64,000 bases of DNA from Entomortierella parvispora E1425 (lineage: Eukaryota > Fungi > Mortierellomycota), in contig BQFW01000008.1 of assembly GCA_020891255.1 (NCBI GenBank), forward strand, positions 1,612,001 to 1,676,000. The letters are read 5' to 3'. The notes under the pieces are model-generated. The model had not been told where the DNA came from, ran no database searches, and worked only from the letters and a program-made list of their open reading frames with translations. Below, in pieces: positions 1 to 10,630 of the stretch. How positions within the stretch are numbered: position 1 is the first letter of the stretch; each line of letters begins with the position of its first letter. The position numbers and the translations under genes are program-made.

Positions 1-664
1 CGTTGTTAGTGCTGTCCTTGATGTTGCTGTTGTTGCTGTTGGTATCTCTGCTCTGTCCGGATTGAGACGAGAAGTGAAGGTAGGATTGTGATAGTCGCTG
101 AACTGAACCTCGTGCACCTGTTCTGTAGTATGAAGCTGAGGTTTCTGCCATCGTGGCCAGGGTGATAGGTGTGGATGTTCCTACAAGTGGTATGATTGGC
201 GTTGACAAGGTTCGGGGCGACCGTCGAATTTGTGCTGGAATGAGAGAAGCCGACTCGAACGATGCTGCGGAAGGGGAGAGAGAAGGCGAAGGTATTGACG
301 AGGATGATGCTGGACGGGAAGAGTATTCCGGTATCCGAGGAGACTGGTGAGGCTCGGAAGTATGGTTTATCAAAAAGGAGATTGGGATAGAGCCTGGTCG
401 TCCTGCTATGCCTGCACCAGTGCTGGTGGCGGCAGCTGTAGACTCCCCGTTATCGCTGTGGGTGATGAAATCAGCGCTAATACTGGTGTTGCTGCGATCG
501 GCAGGTACCGCAGGCACTGCAGGCACCCGACCAGTGCCTCTTCCAAGAGCGCCTAGGGCCATTGACGAAATAGCAGCGTACCAGGAAAGGGGGGGTTGAG
601 TGCCGCTGTTGTTGTTGTTGTTGTTGTTGCCGTTGTTCCCGCTGCTGTTCTGGTCGTATGACAT
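1..664 (-). CDS. 5' part of a low-complexity (Ser/Pro/Asn-rich) protein, runs off the window start
   Basis: ATG at 664 (MSYDQNSSGNNGNNNN...) opens a frame that stays open to base 1. It is absent from the ORF track because the stop lies outside the window. A pyrimidine-rich leader lies upstream on the minus strand. No recognisable domain. Confidence 0.5.
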   Translation of the reverse strand, partial: MSYDQNSSGNNGNNNNNNNSGTQPPLSWYAAISSMALGALGRGTGRVPAVPAVPADRSNTSISADFITHSDNGESTAAATSTGAGIAGRPGSIPISFLINHTSEPHQSPRIPEYSSRPASSSSIPSPSLSPSAASFESASLIPAQIRRSPRTLSTPIIPLVGTSTPITLATMAETSASYYRTGARGSVQRLSQSYLHFSSQSGQSRDTNSNNSNIKDSTNN

Positions 665-3600
665 TGTATTTGGCAGAGCGCAGTGGGTGGCCGTTTTAGA
701 ATAGGAGTCGAATCTATAGATTCTTGCTACTGTGTCTCTGTCACGGCACCGTTCGGTCTCGCGCCAAAGACCCTGACCGCTTCGCCTTTAGTCCCTGCGA
801 CTGCTTAGCAGCAGGGGCAATAAGGCAGTCTATAAGGCGTTTGAAAACAGAAGGGGCTGTGGAGCTTTGTGCCTTTATCGATCGAAGGCGAGAAGACGAG
901 GGGCGAAGCAAAAAATACAAAAGAATTGAATGGAAAGTTGGAAGACTGGACCTTGGCAACAAAGCTCAAAGGAAGAAGAAAAGGCCGAGCAGCAGGCGAA
1001 TCCAACAAGAGCGCTGTACTGTTGATCAAGGCCCACTGCAAATGTCAAGTCCGAGCAGCTTTTTTTTTTGTCCGTGGACGGTGTGAGCAGATCAGCTCTT
1101 GGTGAACAGAGCGAGAGAGTTTGAAAACAGACTGCCCTTGAAAAAGGATTGACCACTCAACAAAATAAACAAAGGGAACAAGTTGGGAGAAGAAAGAATA
1201 AAAGAAAGGGAAGGAACCTCAAGACTGCAAGGGGATCACCTATGTAAGTGGGGGTGCTGGAGGATTCGAAAATTAGAGATGAGAATGGGAGTGCGCAGGT
1301 GAAGATGAACAGGCCCAAGTCGAGGGTTCCAAAGGAGAGGTGAGTTAAGCTGGGCAGCAAAAGAGTAGATTGGTTCGGACGTGGAGGTGTGAAGGTGTGG
1401 ATGAGACTGAGGATCGACGAAAGAAGGGGTGTTCAGGGACAGTGAAGTAATAGAAATTGGATAGAAAAAGTTGTATAGTCGGCGATGGAGGAAGAAAAGA
1501 TGAGGAGCGATAACAAAACGAGGAGGGATGAAGAAAGAGAGAGAGAGAGAAAGAAGGAAGAGGGGAAGAAATAAAGAAGGGACGAACGAAGAGACAAACG
1601 AAGGAGAAAGGAAGGAAAAGGGAATGAAATAATACTGCGGTAAATTTATGAGGATAATATTATTGCAGGTTTTTTACAATATGATCATTGAATTGCCCTC
1701 CTCCCACACTCGCAGCCTCTGACAAGCTTTGGCCCAATCGGGGTTTTATTCAGCATTCAAGCCCTGCTGTGGTGGGCTGGGCAATGCTCTCTGTTTCTCT
1801 GTGTGTCGCTCTTCTTCTCCCTCTCTCTCACACACCCACACACGCGCAACTCATAAACACACCCCCTCTCTCCCTCTCTCTATATCCTATCTCTCTATCG
1901 CTATCTCTCTTCATTTCTTAATGAAGGGAGAAGAGAGGCATCACTGCCCCAGCAACATCTGCACTAAAAACAGGATTGGCCGCTACGCTTCACTTTCGAA
2001 TGCACGTACACATTCAGTGCACTCTTTCAATACGGCCGCTTTGAGGCAACGTCTATTCAGTAGTAAGTAGCAATTCAGGCTAATGAACGGGATCATACTC
2101 AGGTAAGGCGATCCTTTTAATTGCGCATGGTGCCTTTGATCTGCCTGTCCTGTCCTGTGGCTCTATTCTCTTCAGAACATTTCATGAACAAAAATATCAC
2201 TATCCGTTTTGCAAACTTGCAACACGCAGTATACGCAGTATAGTACGCTGCGCTCCCCAGATCTGCTTGACCACCGTGGACTATCTCGTCATTAGAATAT
2301 AATTAAACCCAACAATGGAAGGGACGGTACACCGCCTGACAAAGGTACCTGGACTGTTGTGCTCCCAACTTGAAGGCGGCGAGGAATGGCTCAGATCAAT
2401 GTCATGCTCCCGTCCTCCGCTCGCCCGTTTTTCTTGCCATGTGGGCAAAAGAGGCACAGTACGGTACTGTAAAGTACAGTACTCCTCTCGTCTGCCTTTA
2501 AGGCCACCAGGTGCTTTTCCTCTTTGTTCTGAGCAACCCATCGACAAGGTTGTTCTCTTGACTATGAAGACACAACATGGTATCACAGACCAAAGTCAGT
2601 GGGGCAACAGAGTTGAAGTGAACATATTCATGGCCATCATCTGGGTTACACACACATTATTGACAGGAATATCCAATTCATTCAGTTCACTGAATGACAG
2701 GCAACCGTGCAACGTTGTTGTTTGTTTTTTGCTCTCCATTCTTTTTCTTCCTCACACACCCCACCGTCGAAGCAGCCATTGATAATTGAATATGAATACC
2801 TACCCACAGCTCCAATGACATCGGGCATCTCATCTTGCGAACTTGTTTCTTGAAATTGTGTGTACCACTGAGCTGTTGTGGCGCGTTGCAGCAGATGCCT
2901 GGATTCTTATTGAATGGGAACTCTATACGGGACAATAGAATATGCAGTCTTTCATCTCCCCAGTCTTCAAAAACCTCCCCGCGTATCTGGCTGCCTGAAT
3001 CTTCGAATCTTGAAGGGATCTTCAAAATCTTTCGCTCCAAACTCAGAAGACAGTTGAGAAAAAGTGGCGGGAAATTTTTTGCTGCTTGTCCCGTTCGTCT
3101 TGTGCACTTGGTGCCCAGGGTCTTCCCACCGTTTTTTGTCCCCCTGTTTTGCCTTACCTCTGTTCAATTCAATTCGTCCTCATTCAGTACTTTCAGAGAC
3201 AGAAGGACTCTGGACAGTTCAAGACCTCTCTTTAGATCACCGTATTTTTTTATGTTTAAAAAAAAAAGCGTGTGCACACCCCATCCCGTCCCATCAAAAT
3301 GCAACGTCTTTTTTTACGCCCCTATCTTTTTTTGTTTTTCTTTGTCGGTACTCTGAGCGGAAAAACTCGATCTTTCATTCTGCAACCAAAGACCTGCAAT
3401 GGAATGGATATCCCTCCTTTCCCTCCCCTTTTTTTGTTCGGATGTCGAACCCACGAAACTCTTGCTCTTTGGCGAATCCTGGAAAGACGCGTCGAAATCA
3501 TCATATGCAGGGGGAAATTCAAAAACACCAAGGAAAAAAAGGAGTGAAAAATAAGGGCACACACGCGTCCTCAGCTGCCAGGTGCGTGTGGTCTGTCTGC

Positions 3601-3922
3601 CTGACTCATTGGACCACACAACTGCGTCAGACGACGGTCGAACTCTGTCAAACATCCTGCTCTCTCTCGCTCTCGTCAGTAGAGAAGACAGCACAGCATC
3701 GAACGTCATAACAGCAGTGTTTTTCTTGTCTTGATGCAAAGTGCGCCGCTAGTAAGGGTCATCGCATCATCTACAAAACCACACTATGATCGACAAACAC
3801 TCCAATTCTTCCACTGCAACACCCCCTTTCCAAAAGCTTGCAGTGTTTGCTTTCGCATGATGCACTCGTCGTATTGTACACATCTGGAGGGTTCTTTTTA
3901 ATGTCGACACGAGCGAGCTCAA

Positions 3923-4981
3923 TCAGTTTCTGGATTTTTCGACTTCTGACACCTTGCTCTCGGCTGCAGTCAAAAGTGCATCCCAAGATAAAAACACCTC
4001 TGACAGCGTGCTGATCTAAGAAACGTATTGATACGTAAAAAAGGTGTCAGAGATACCGTCGATCGAGCTAAAAACAAATCTATGTCGCAATGTTCCCTCA
4101 GAGACTTACCAGGCCGTTGTAGTCATCTGTCAACTTGTTCACTCTGTCAGAGATCTTATTGGCGTCCTGGCACTGCTCGATGTGGACGGTTTCGAGCTTC
4201 GACAGGACAGGGTATTGAGATTCGACATCTAATAGTTTTCTTGCATAATTAGTGGAGCGGCTCTCTTTTTGCCTTCCTTACAAGATTGTTCTCTCAAGAA
4301 ACACAGGTTCTTACTCAAGAGTCCACCAATTTCAGCGCAGCGTTGCAGCCCTTGAATCTCCTTGGATTCCTCAGCAAGCTTTTGGAGATCATCCTTCGCC
4401 GCCAAGATCAGATCAGACTTTGCCAACAACGTCAAGAACTCTCGATCCGAATGACTTGCATGGGGGCTGCTGATCAAGTTTGAGGCCTCATCTAGAAAGA
4501 GACGAGCGAAATGGAAACGTTAGTATCATAGACACACACCTTATATTGTCCAAAATACCAGGCTCCGTGGTCTAGTTCAGTGATATCGGCTTGGTCTTCG
4601 CCTCTTACACTTCAGTAGGAATTCTTCTGTGGGCTTGCGCTCCTTGGCGGCAGCCCATAGCCTGCTCTCGATGTTTTTGATACGTCTAGACAGTGAACCG
4701 GGAGTGTGTTGCGACGATGCGTGCTGACCATGTCGAGATGAGTCCGTCGTGCGTCGGGAAGGCGACATGGAGCTAATAATGTCATCGGCTCCATCTTCGG
4801 ATGGACTTTGGTCTCCTGCAGATGGATCCGAATGCTGTGTGGATGGGGCAGGTGGCGCCAATGCTTTCTCCAGAGCTCTCAGTCGCTGTGCAAGACTCTC
4901 TAGGTCTTGGGCTTGTTCATCGCCCTCGATGGGTGAAGGTACCCCCCAAGACCCTGTAGCATTTGAGGTGGCAGCGAGCAT
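3923..4981 (-). CDS. DCTN3: dynactin subunit 3 (p22/p24)-like, multi-exon
   Basis: Spliced pieces read LESLAQRLRALE..., LLAKSDLILAAKDDLQKL..., YPVLSKLETVHIEQCQDANKISDRVNKLTDDYNGL and ISTLSEVFLSWDALLTAAE. These follow the dynactin p22 pattern, including the C-terminal S..F..WD motif. GT-AG introns; TGA at 3925-3923. Confidence 0.75.
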
Positions 4982-5208
4982 TGGTCAGGTTTCTGAGGTT
5001 GGGGAGTTCTATTAGCGATTCGATGTCCTTTGACTGCTCCAGAATTTACGCCCACTGATGCTGTGTGGAAAGATATGGAAGGGTCGACGAGAATGGGGAA
5101 GAAAGAAAAAAGATGGGATGTGCCATGCATAACGTGCCCGCCTGCGCGCGCGCGGTTATCACGTGATTTAAAAAGCAATTTCTCTATATTTCCTTTCTAC
5201 TACTAAAG

Positions 5209-6748
5209 CTACATGAAGTCGTCAAAGTCGTCGTTGTAGTCGTTGCTGTAGTCCCGGGTGTCGACCGAGGTGGCAACCTTGGTGGCCGCTCCAAGAGAGG
5301 GCTTGGCGCTTCCCTTCTTCTTGGTCTTCAACGCTTCCTTGGCAGCCTTCTGCTTCTCATTGGCAAGGGTGGTCAAAGTGCTGGCATACTTGCGCACATC
5401 CACATCACGGACTCCCTGGGCGAGCTCGCGGAAGAGACCCTCGAGGAAAGAGGCATAGAGACCTTGTTTCTAAATACATACAACATGGCAGAGGCCAAAT
5501 CGAACATTAGTACTCTTGAGTCCATTATGTCAGTAGTTTCACTGATACAGCAAGCGGCCGTGGTAGTGTACCTCGTGCTTCTGGATAAGAGCAACAAGCT
5601 CGTTAGTGAATTCGTTGAACTGATCCTTGGTCTTAGGCTTCATGGTCTCCAAGCTACTGGCAGCGGTAACAACTGTAAAGAAAACACGCGATAATTAGGA
5701 TTTTTTTCACATGAGATCACGTCTTAAATCAGAGGCAAGAAATCAAGATATGCTATACCTCCAGTATCAGAAATCTTGACTCCGCTGAAAAGATCAGCAG
5801 CGTTGGCAAGATCAGACTCAATGATGGCGTTCTTCTCGCGTTGGCGGCGCTCAAACTTCTCCTCCTCAGTCTCGTTCTCGGGAATGAGCTAAGGAAAGCA
5901 GGCCAGAGTAAATAAAAATGAACAACTTTACGTGGAAGAAGAGAGCAAGCAATTGACCCAATTGTGGGGCCACGGGATGTATTTCACACTTACAGCGACC
6001 TTCTCCAAAGCGGCCTGCTTCCTGCGCTCAGCCTCCTCAGCACGCTCAGCAATCTTCTGGGCCAAGGTCTTCTTGGGAGGGGGCTTCACAGCTGGAGCCT
6101 TCTCCTCCTCAGACTCAGACTCGCTGCTGGCATCCCAATCCTCCTAAAACATTGGACAAAGACGATGTTTCCGAAGACCTGTTAGTGGATCAGCAAAGTT
6201 CTTGTACGCGCGCCTTTAAGAGTTATTTGGGTTCTCAAAAATTTGGCCATGGACTGCGGCACAAAAAATCTCCTCCATAGCCTAGGTTGTGCTATCCTGA
6301 ACATCGCTATGGAGGATCATGACCACAGCAATGCTATTCTCTTTGCACATGCGCTATTCTCTTTGCACATGCGCTCTTCCCTCTCCTTCTAGCATGAAAA
6401 CAGTAGGCTTCTAGAGCCCCACTGCCCACTGTCGGTGCACTATTCTGTTCGTTCCCTGAAGCTCACCTTGATATCATCTTCCTCAACGTCTTCATCGTCC
6501 CACTGCTTCTTGGCGGGGATAACAGGTGCCTCAATAACGTCGTCGTTTTCTATGATGGAAAAGGCGGGTGTACAATATTAACGGCTGTTCTTTATAGCTC
6601 CAACATCCAAATCTTGCATTGTGACCCCGCCATCCTCCTTTTTGAGTAGCGTCATGGTCCTTAGGCCATCAAACGAGAATTGAGCAGGGCTAACAGAGGG
6701 CGGATTCGAGATGTGGACACGAAGAGAATACGCACCCCAGTCGGACAT
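5209..6748 (-). CDS. HCR1: eukaryotic translation initiation factor 3 subunit J (Hcr1), multi-exon
   Basis: Exons read MSDW|...KQWDDEDVEEDDIK|EDWDASSESE...KKTLAQKIAER...ESDLANAADLF...YASFLEGLFRELA...VRKYASTLTTLANEKQKA...DDFDDFM. The acidic N-terminus and the DDFDDFM end are typical of eIF3j. Confidence 0.92.
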
Positions 6749-7516
6749 GGTGGATGTGATTAGCGTTGTAAGAGTAACAGAAAGGTGAGAATTTGGGCCC
6801 TTGATGCATTCGACTTCGACTTTTTTTTGTTTTGGAAAGGCAGCCACACCGCAACTTAAGGGTTTGATGGATCTTCTTGACACCCAAGGAACAACGTCGC
6901 GTGAGGGATTCACAGGTCTAAAACCAGGGAGAGGCGAACGAGAGTTCTAGCCTCAAAGCGTTACCTTTGCAAAGCTACTAAGGCATCGCAAGCTTTGATA
7001 CAAGAACACCACCAAATATATGCCTAATCGCCTATAGGATCGCTCCGACCTCACCACTTGCTGCCAGTGCATCTTGGAGCCCTTTACCCATAGCATTACA
7101 AACGAAATGATATGTACGAGTACATATCGCTCCTTCTGTGGTTAAGGAAGACCAACTCGCCCAAGTTCATCACTGCTGGCAGATACCTACTTTCCCACCC
7201 GAGCAAAACCGAGCAAGTGCCACAGTGGCACCAGCGACAAGGCGATATTTAGTCACGTGATGCTAGTCTTCTTTTTTTTTTTTTTTTTTTTAGGCGTGAT
7301 CTCTCCGGAAAGATTGATCTCCAACCCACCATCACCAAGCCGTCTCCAGGATTTGATCAGGACACGACAGGTACTGAAGACAGACCAATGCCATGAATAC
7401 AATCCTGAATATACTTTATAAAGAGGAAATTCATATCCTTGGTGGCTTCTCTAACCCTCGCATTACCCTGTTTCTCTTTCATGAATTTCAGGTCCTAAAC
7501 AAAACAGCACAATTCA

Positions 7517-10462
7517 ATGTCGTGGATTGGACAAGTTGTCCGAGGCACCAGGACAGCCATGGTAGGAGGCGGACTTCAACGGCCAAGCCTGAATTCATGT
7601 GGCTGTAACCTCGCGACCACGTCACGGCCGACTGCTCTGCGACCCCATTCCTTTATTCAGTCCAGAGGAGCCACGCGGACCGCCACCAAGACTGCCGCTC
7701 AATCCCCAAAATCTGGAGAGTCTTCACCAACTTCAGAAGTGGCCCAAAGGTTGCTCAAGAAACGGCGAAAGCGAGCTGCGGTTTCGCATACAGATCGTTC
7801 AAATTACAAGTGGACGCCAGAAGTGGATGCCCAGATTGTCAACTTGAGACTGGAAGGAAACTCTTGGGCAGAAATCGGAGCAGCCGTTGGCATGGATCAC
7901 GCCGCTTGCCACTCGCGCTACATGAGAGTTTTGGATCCTTCTCACCGACTGGAATGGACGTCAGTGAAGTTGGACAAACTGAATACAATGGTATCTGAAG
8001 GAAAGTCTTGGTCTAGGATTGCGACCGAGTTTTTGACGACCCAGGCTGTCTGTCGTGAAAAATGGGCAAGCATGCATCAGGGCATGGCAGCGCTGGCGAG
8101 GAAAGGTTCTTCACTAGTCACCTCAATGGCACCTGGAACAGGTCGCGGCAATCGAACGTTACTTGCAATCTCGGAAGTGGGGCTAGTGTCAACTAAACGA
8201 CGACGATGGTGTGATCATATCGATTCTCTCTTGTTGGATATGCACAATCGAGGTCTGAGCTGGAAGCAAATCGGGAAGGTCCTGGGAACCTCACCTCTCA
8301 ACTGCTATACGCGCTACCATTCCCGAATCAAAGGACAACTGGAGTCAGGATGGACGCCCCTGACGCTGAACATCGATAATACCCCATACTATCTTTTGCC
8401 GGACAGGCCACTCCAAGCTTTTCTCGCCAGAAATGCATCGACAGCCGAAGGTTCAGATACATCATCGACAACAGGTCGTTCATCCCGTCCATCCCGAGGA
8501 CCTTTAGGTCTCGTCGGCGAAGAGTACATGCACGATATCGCTCCGGACGACTCAAAGATGCAGCGCACATGGTCAAAGGAGGAGGACAACACCATCCTTG
8601 AGGGCCGCAAGGCAGGATTCTCTTTCAAAGTTATTGGTGATGACCTCCGCATCGACCCTGCCCTTTGCCACTATCGATATGTAACGGAACTGTCGGACTC
8701 ATCCAAAAAGAACCCTTGGACACCCCGACTTGAGCAGAGGTTGATATTTTATATTCAGCAGGGGATGTCTTGGCCCAGCATTGGGGAAGAGCTAGGCGTG
8801 CACCCAATTCTTTGTCAGCGAAAGTACGCGCAGTTAAGACAGCCAAGAACTTTAACAACAGAGAACTCAGATCAACGTCAGCAATCTACCTTTGAGGGTC
8901 AACAGAGCGCCGCAACATCTAATGGCGAACAACATGACCGTCTAGATGACGATGACGACGAAGTTAACATTGACGATACCGCTGACGGATTCGACGAGGA
9001 CTACAGAGCGCATGATATGGACGAGGAGGAGGAACAGGCGGGGGAATACACGGACGATGAGACTATGGATGATCTGCACCTCTCGGCTGGATCGGAGGAT
9101 AGCGAAGAAATCCTAGACGATGACACCGAGGAACGGTCAACACCTATTCGTGGTACGGCTGACTCGTCCCTGGCTGGTAGCATACGAAATGAACAGGACG
9201 ATTACAGATTCCAATGGAACCTTTATACGCGATGGACGCCTGAAGACGAAACGATACTGATTCGACACGTCATCAACAATGGCACACAATCGTGGCAAGA
9301 TGTTTCAGACAAGCTTGCTGGAAAGTACACGGCTGAAGAATGCAAGACCGTTTGGAAGTTCCTTGATATGCCAGTGCACCCCACAGCCTCCCGCTCGGAA
9401 AAGAAATGGGATGCGTATCGGGAATCGCAGTTTTGGAGGCTCTGGCTCGAGAACGGCTCCGACTTCAACAAGATCTCTCGTCAACTGAGCGAGAGTGAAC
9501 CTACTGGTCACAGCTCTTTATCTGGAGGGTTGGACAGAAACAGGGAGAGCCAGGGCGATGAAGCAACGGATTTAGCCAAATTTACTCCAGAAGAATGTGA
9601 AGCCATGTTCAAACAACGGATCACTTCGCATTCACCACCACTGAACGAAGACGACGAGAATTTCGCTCGGGACTGTGTTCAGTTGGCGTTGTCGAAAAGT
9701 AAGGTTCCCAAGTTCCACTGGGATAGAGAGAAATCGGTTAAACTGCAAAAGCTAGTGCGGCAGCGGCTTAGGACCCGAGGCTTCCATGTGAATTGGGTGA
9801 ACTGGAAATGGGTCGCCAGACATGTCGGAGGGGGAGCCACTGTTCAAGGATGCAGCGTCCATTGGCGACTTCTCCGCTCAAAAGACCAGGACAGCTGGTC
9901 CAATGAAGAACTTTTGCTTCTGGAACAAGGTATTCGAGAGGTTGGATCGAGCGTCGACAATGAGGGGCCATCAGCCTCGAGAACCGCAAGGGCAAGTGGC
10001 CCATCCAGGGCTGTTTTCCGAGCTGTTCAGCGGCACTATCTCCCCGATCGCAGTCTTGTGGACCTTGAGCTGAAGTACTTTTTGATGTCGGACAAGGCAA
10101 CCCAGGTGTCTGTGGACGAGTACATGACCTTGCTGGACGCAGTCGGGAAGTATGGCGAAGGTCATTGGGACAAGGTTGTAGAGTACATGCAAGAGCACTT
10201 GCCTGCTTCGTCCGAGTCAAGTACCGCGCGTTGGACCAAGGCCCCGGCCCGTCGAGTGTGGGAGGCCTCGTACAAGGCCAAGCTGATGCACACGCCCTGG
10301 ACGTCGACCGAGGACGAGGACCTGCTGTACACCGTGGAGAAGATTGGCCGCAACGACTGGATGGCAGTGTCCCGCTTCTTCCCGGACAAGAGCGCCTGGG
10401 TGTGTCGTCTCCGCTGGTGCCAGCTGACAGACGACCATCGCACTGACCCCAAGCAACTGTAG
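7517..10462 (+). CDS. intronless 981-aa protein with about 11 Myb/SANT-like repeats and a presequence-like N-terminus
   Basis: Repeated W-x(~19)-W-x(~18)-C/W/Y units, e.g. KWTPEVDAQIVNLRLEGNSWAEIG...CHSRY and PWTSTEDEDLLYTVEKIGRNDWMAVSRFFPDKSAWVCRLRW. Central acidic tract. The first ~65 aa are Arg/Ser/Thr-rich with no acidic residues. Confidence 0.85.
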   Translation: MSWIGQVVRGTRTAMVGGGLQRPSLNSCGCNLATTSRPTALRPHSFIQSRGATRTATKTAAQSPKSGESSPTSEVAQRLLKKRRKRAAVSHTDRSNYKWTPEVDAQIVNLRLEGNSWAEIGAAVGMDHAACHSRYMRVLDPSHRLEWTSVKLDKLNTMVSEGKSWSRIATEFLTTQAVCREKWASMHQGMAALARKGSSLVTSMAPGTGRGNRTLLAISEVGLVSTKRRRWCDHIDSLLLDMHNRGLSWKQIGKVLGTSPLNCYTRYHSRIKGQLESGWTPLTLNIDNTPYYLLPDRPLQAFLARNASTAEGSDTSSTTGRSSRPSRGPLGLVGEEYMHDIAPDDSKMQRTWSKEEDNTILEGRKAGFSFKVIGDDLRIDPALCHYRYVTELSDSSKKNPWTPRLEQRLIFYIQQGMSWPSIGEELGVHPILCQRKYAQLRQPRTLTTENSDQRQQSTFEGQQSAATSNGEQHDRLDDDDDEVNIDDTADGFDEDYRAHDMDEEEEQAGEYTDDETMDDLHLSAGSEDSEEILDDDTEERSTPIRGTADSSLAGSIRNEQDDYRFQWNLYTRWTPEDETILIRHVINNGTQSWQDVSDKLAGKYTAEECKTVWKFLDMPVHPTASRSEKKWDAYRESQFWRLWLENGSDFNKISRQLSESEPTGHSSLSGGLDRNRESQGDEATDLAKFTPEECEAMFKQRITSHSPPLNEDDENFARDCVQLALSKSKVPKFHWDREKSVKLQKLVRQRLRTRGFHVNWVNWKWVARHVGGGATVQGCSVHWRLLRSKDQDSWSNEELLLLEQGIREVGSSVDNEGPSASRTARASGPSRAVFRAVQRHYLPDRSLVDLELKYFLMSDKATQVSVDEYMTLLDAVGKYGEGHWDKVVEYMQEHLPASSESSTARWTKAPARRVWEASYKAKLMHTPWTSTEDEDLLYTVEKIGRNDWMAVSRFFPDKSAWVCRLRWCQLTDDHRTDPKQL

Positions 10463-10630
10463 ACCCGCAGCAGCAGAGGAACCAACAACGCCACTCAAAT
10501 AAATATAGCAGTCACGAATCGGCCCGAGTCCACTTTAAACCTGCCAAAATGGCTTAGATTATTCTTGGAATAAAACAGAGTCACGGTCCCTGAATTTGAA
10601 TCACAAACACCATCTTGCGCCATCACACAA

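Noticed and set aside
1729-3739. ORFs of 100-215 aa on both strands
   Set aside because: No domain motifs, low-complexity Phe/Lys-rich composition and mutually overlapping frames.
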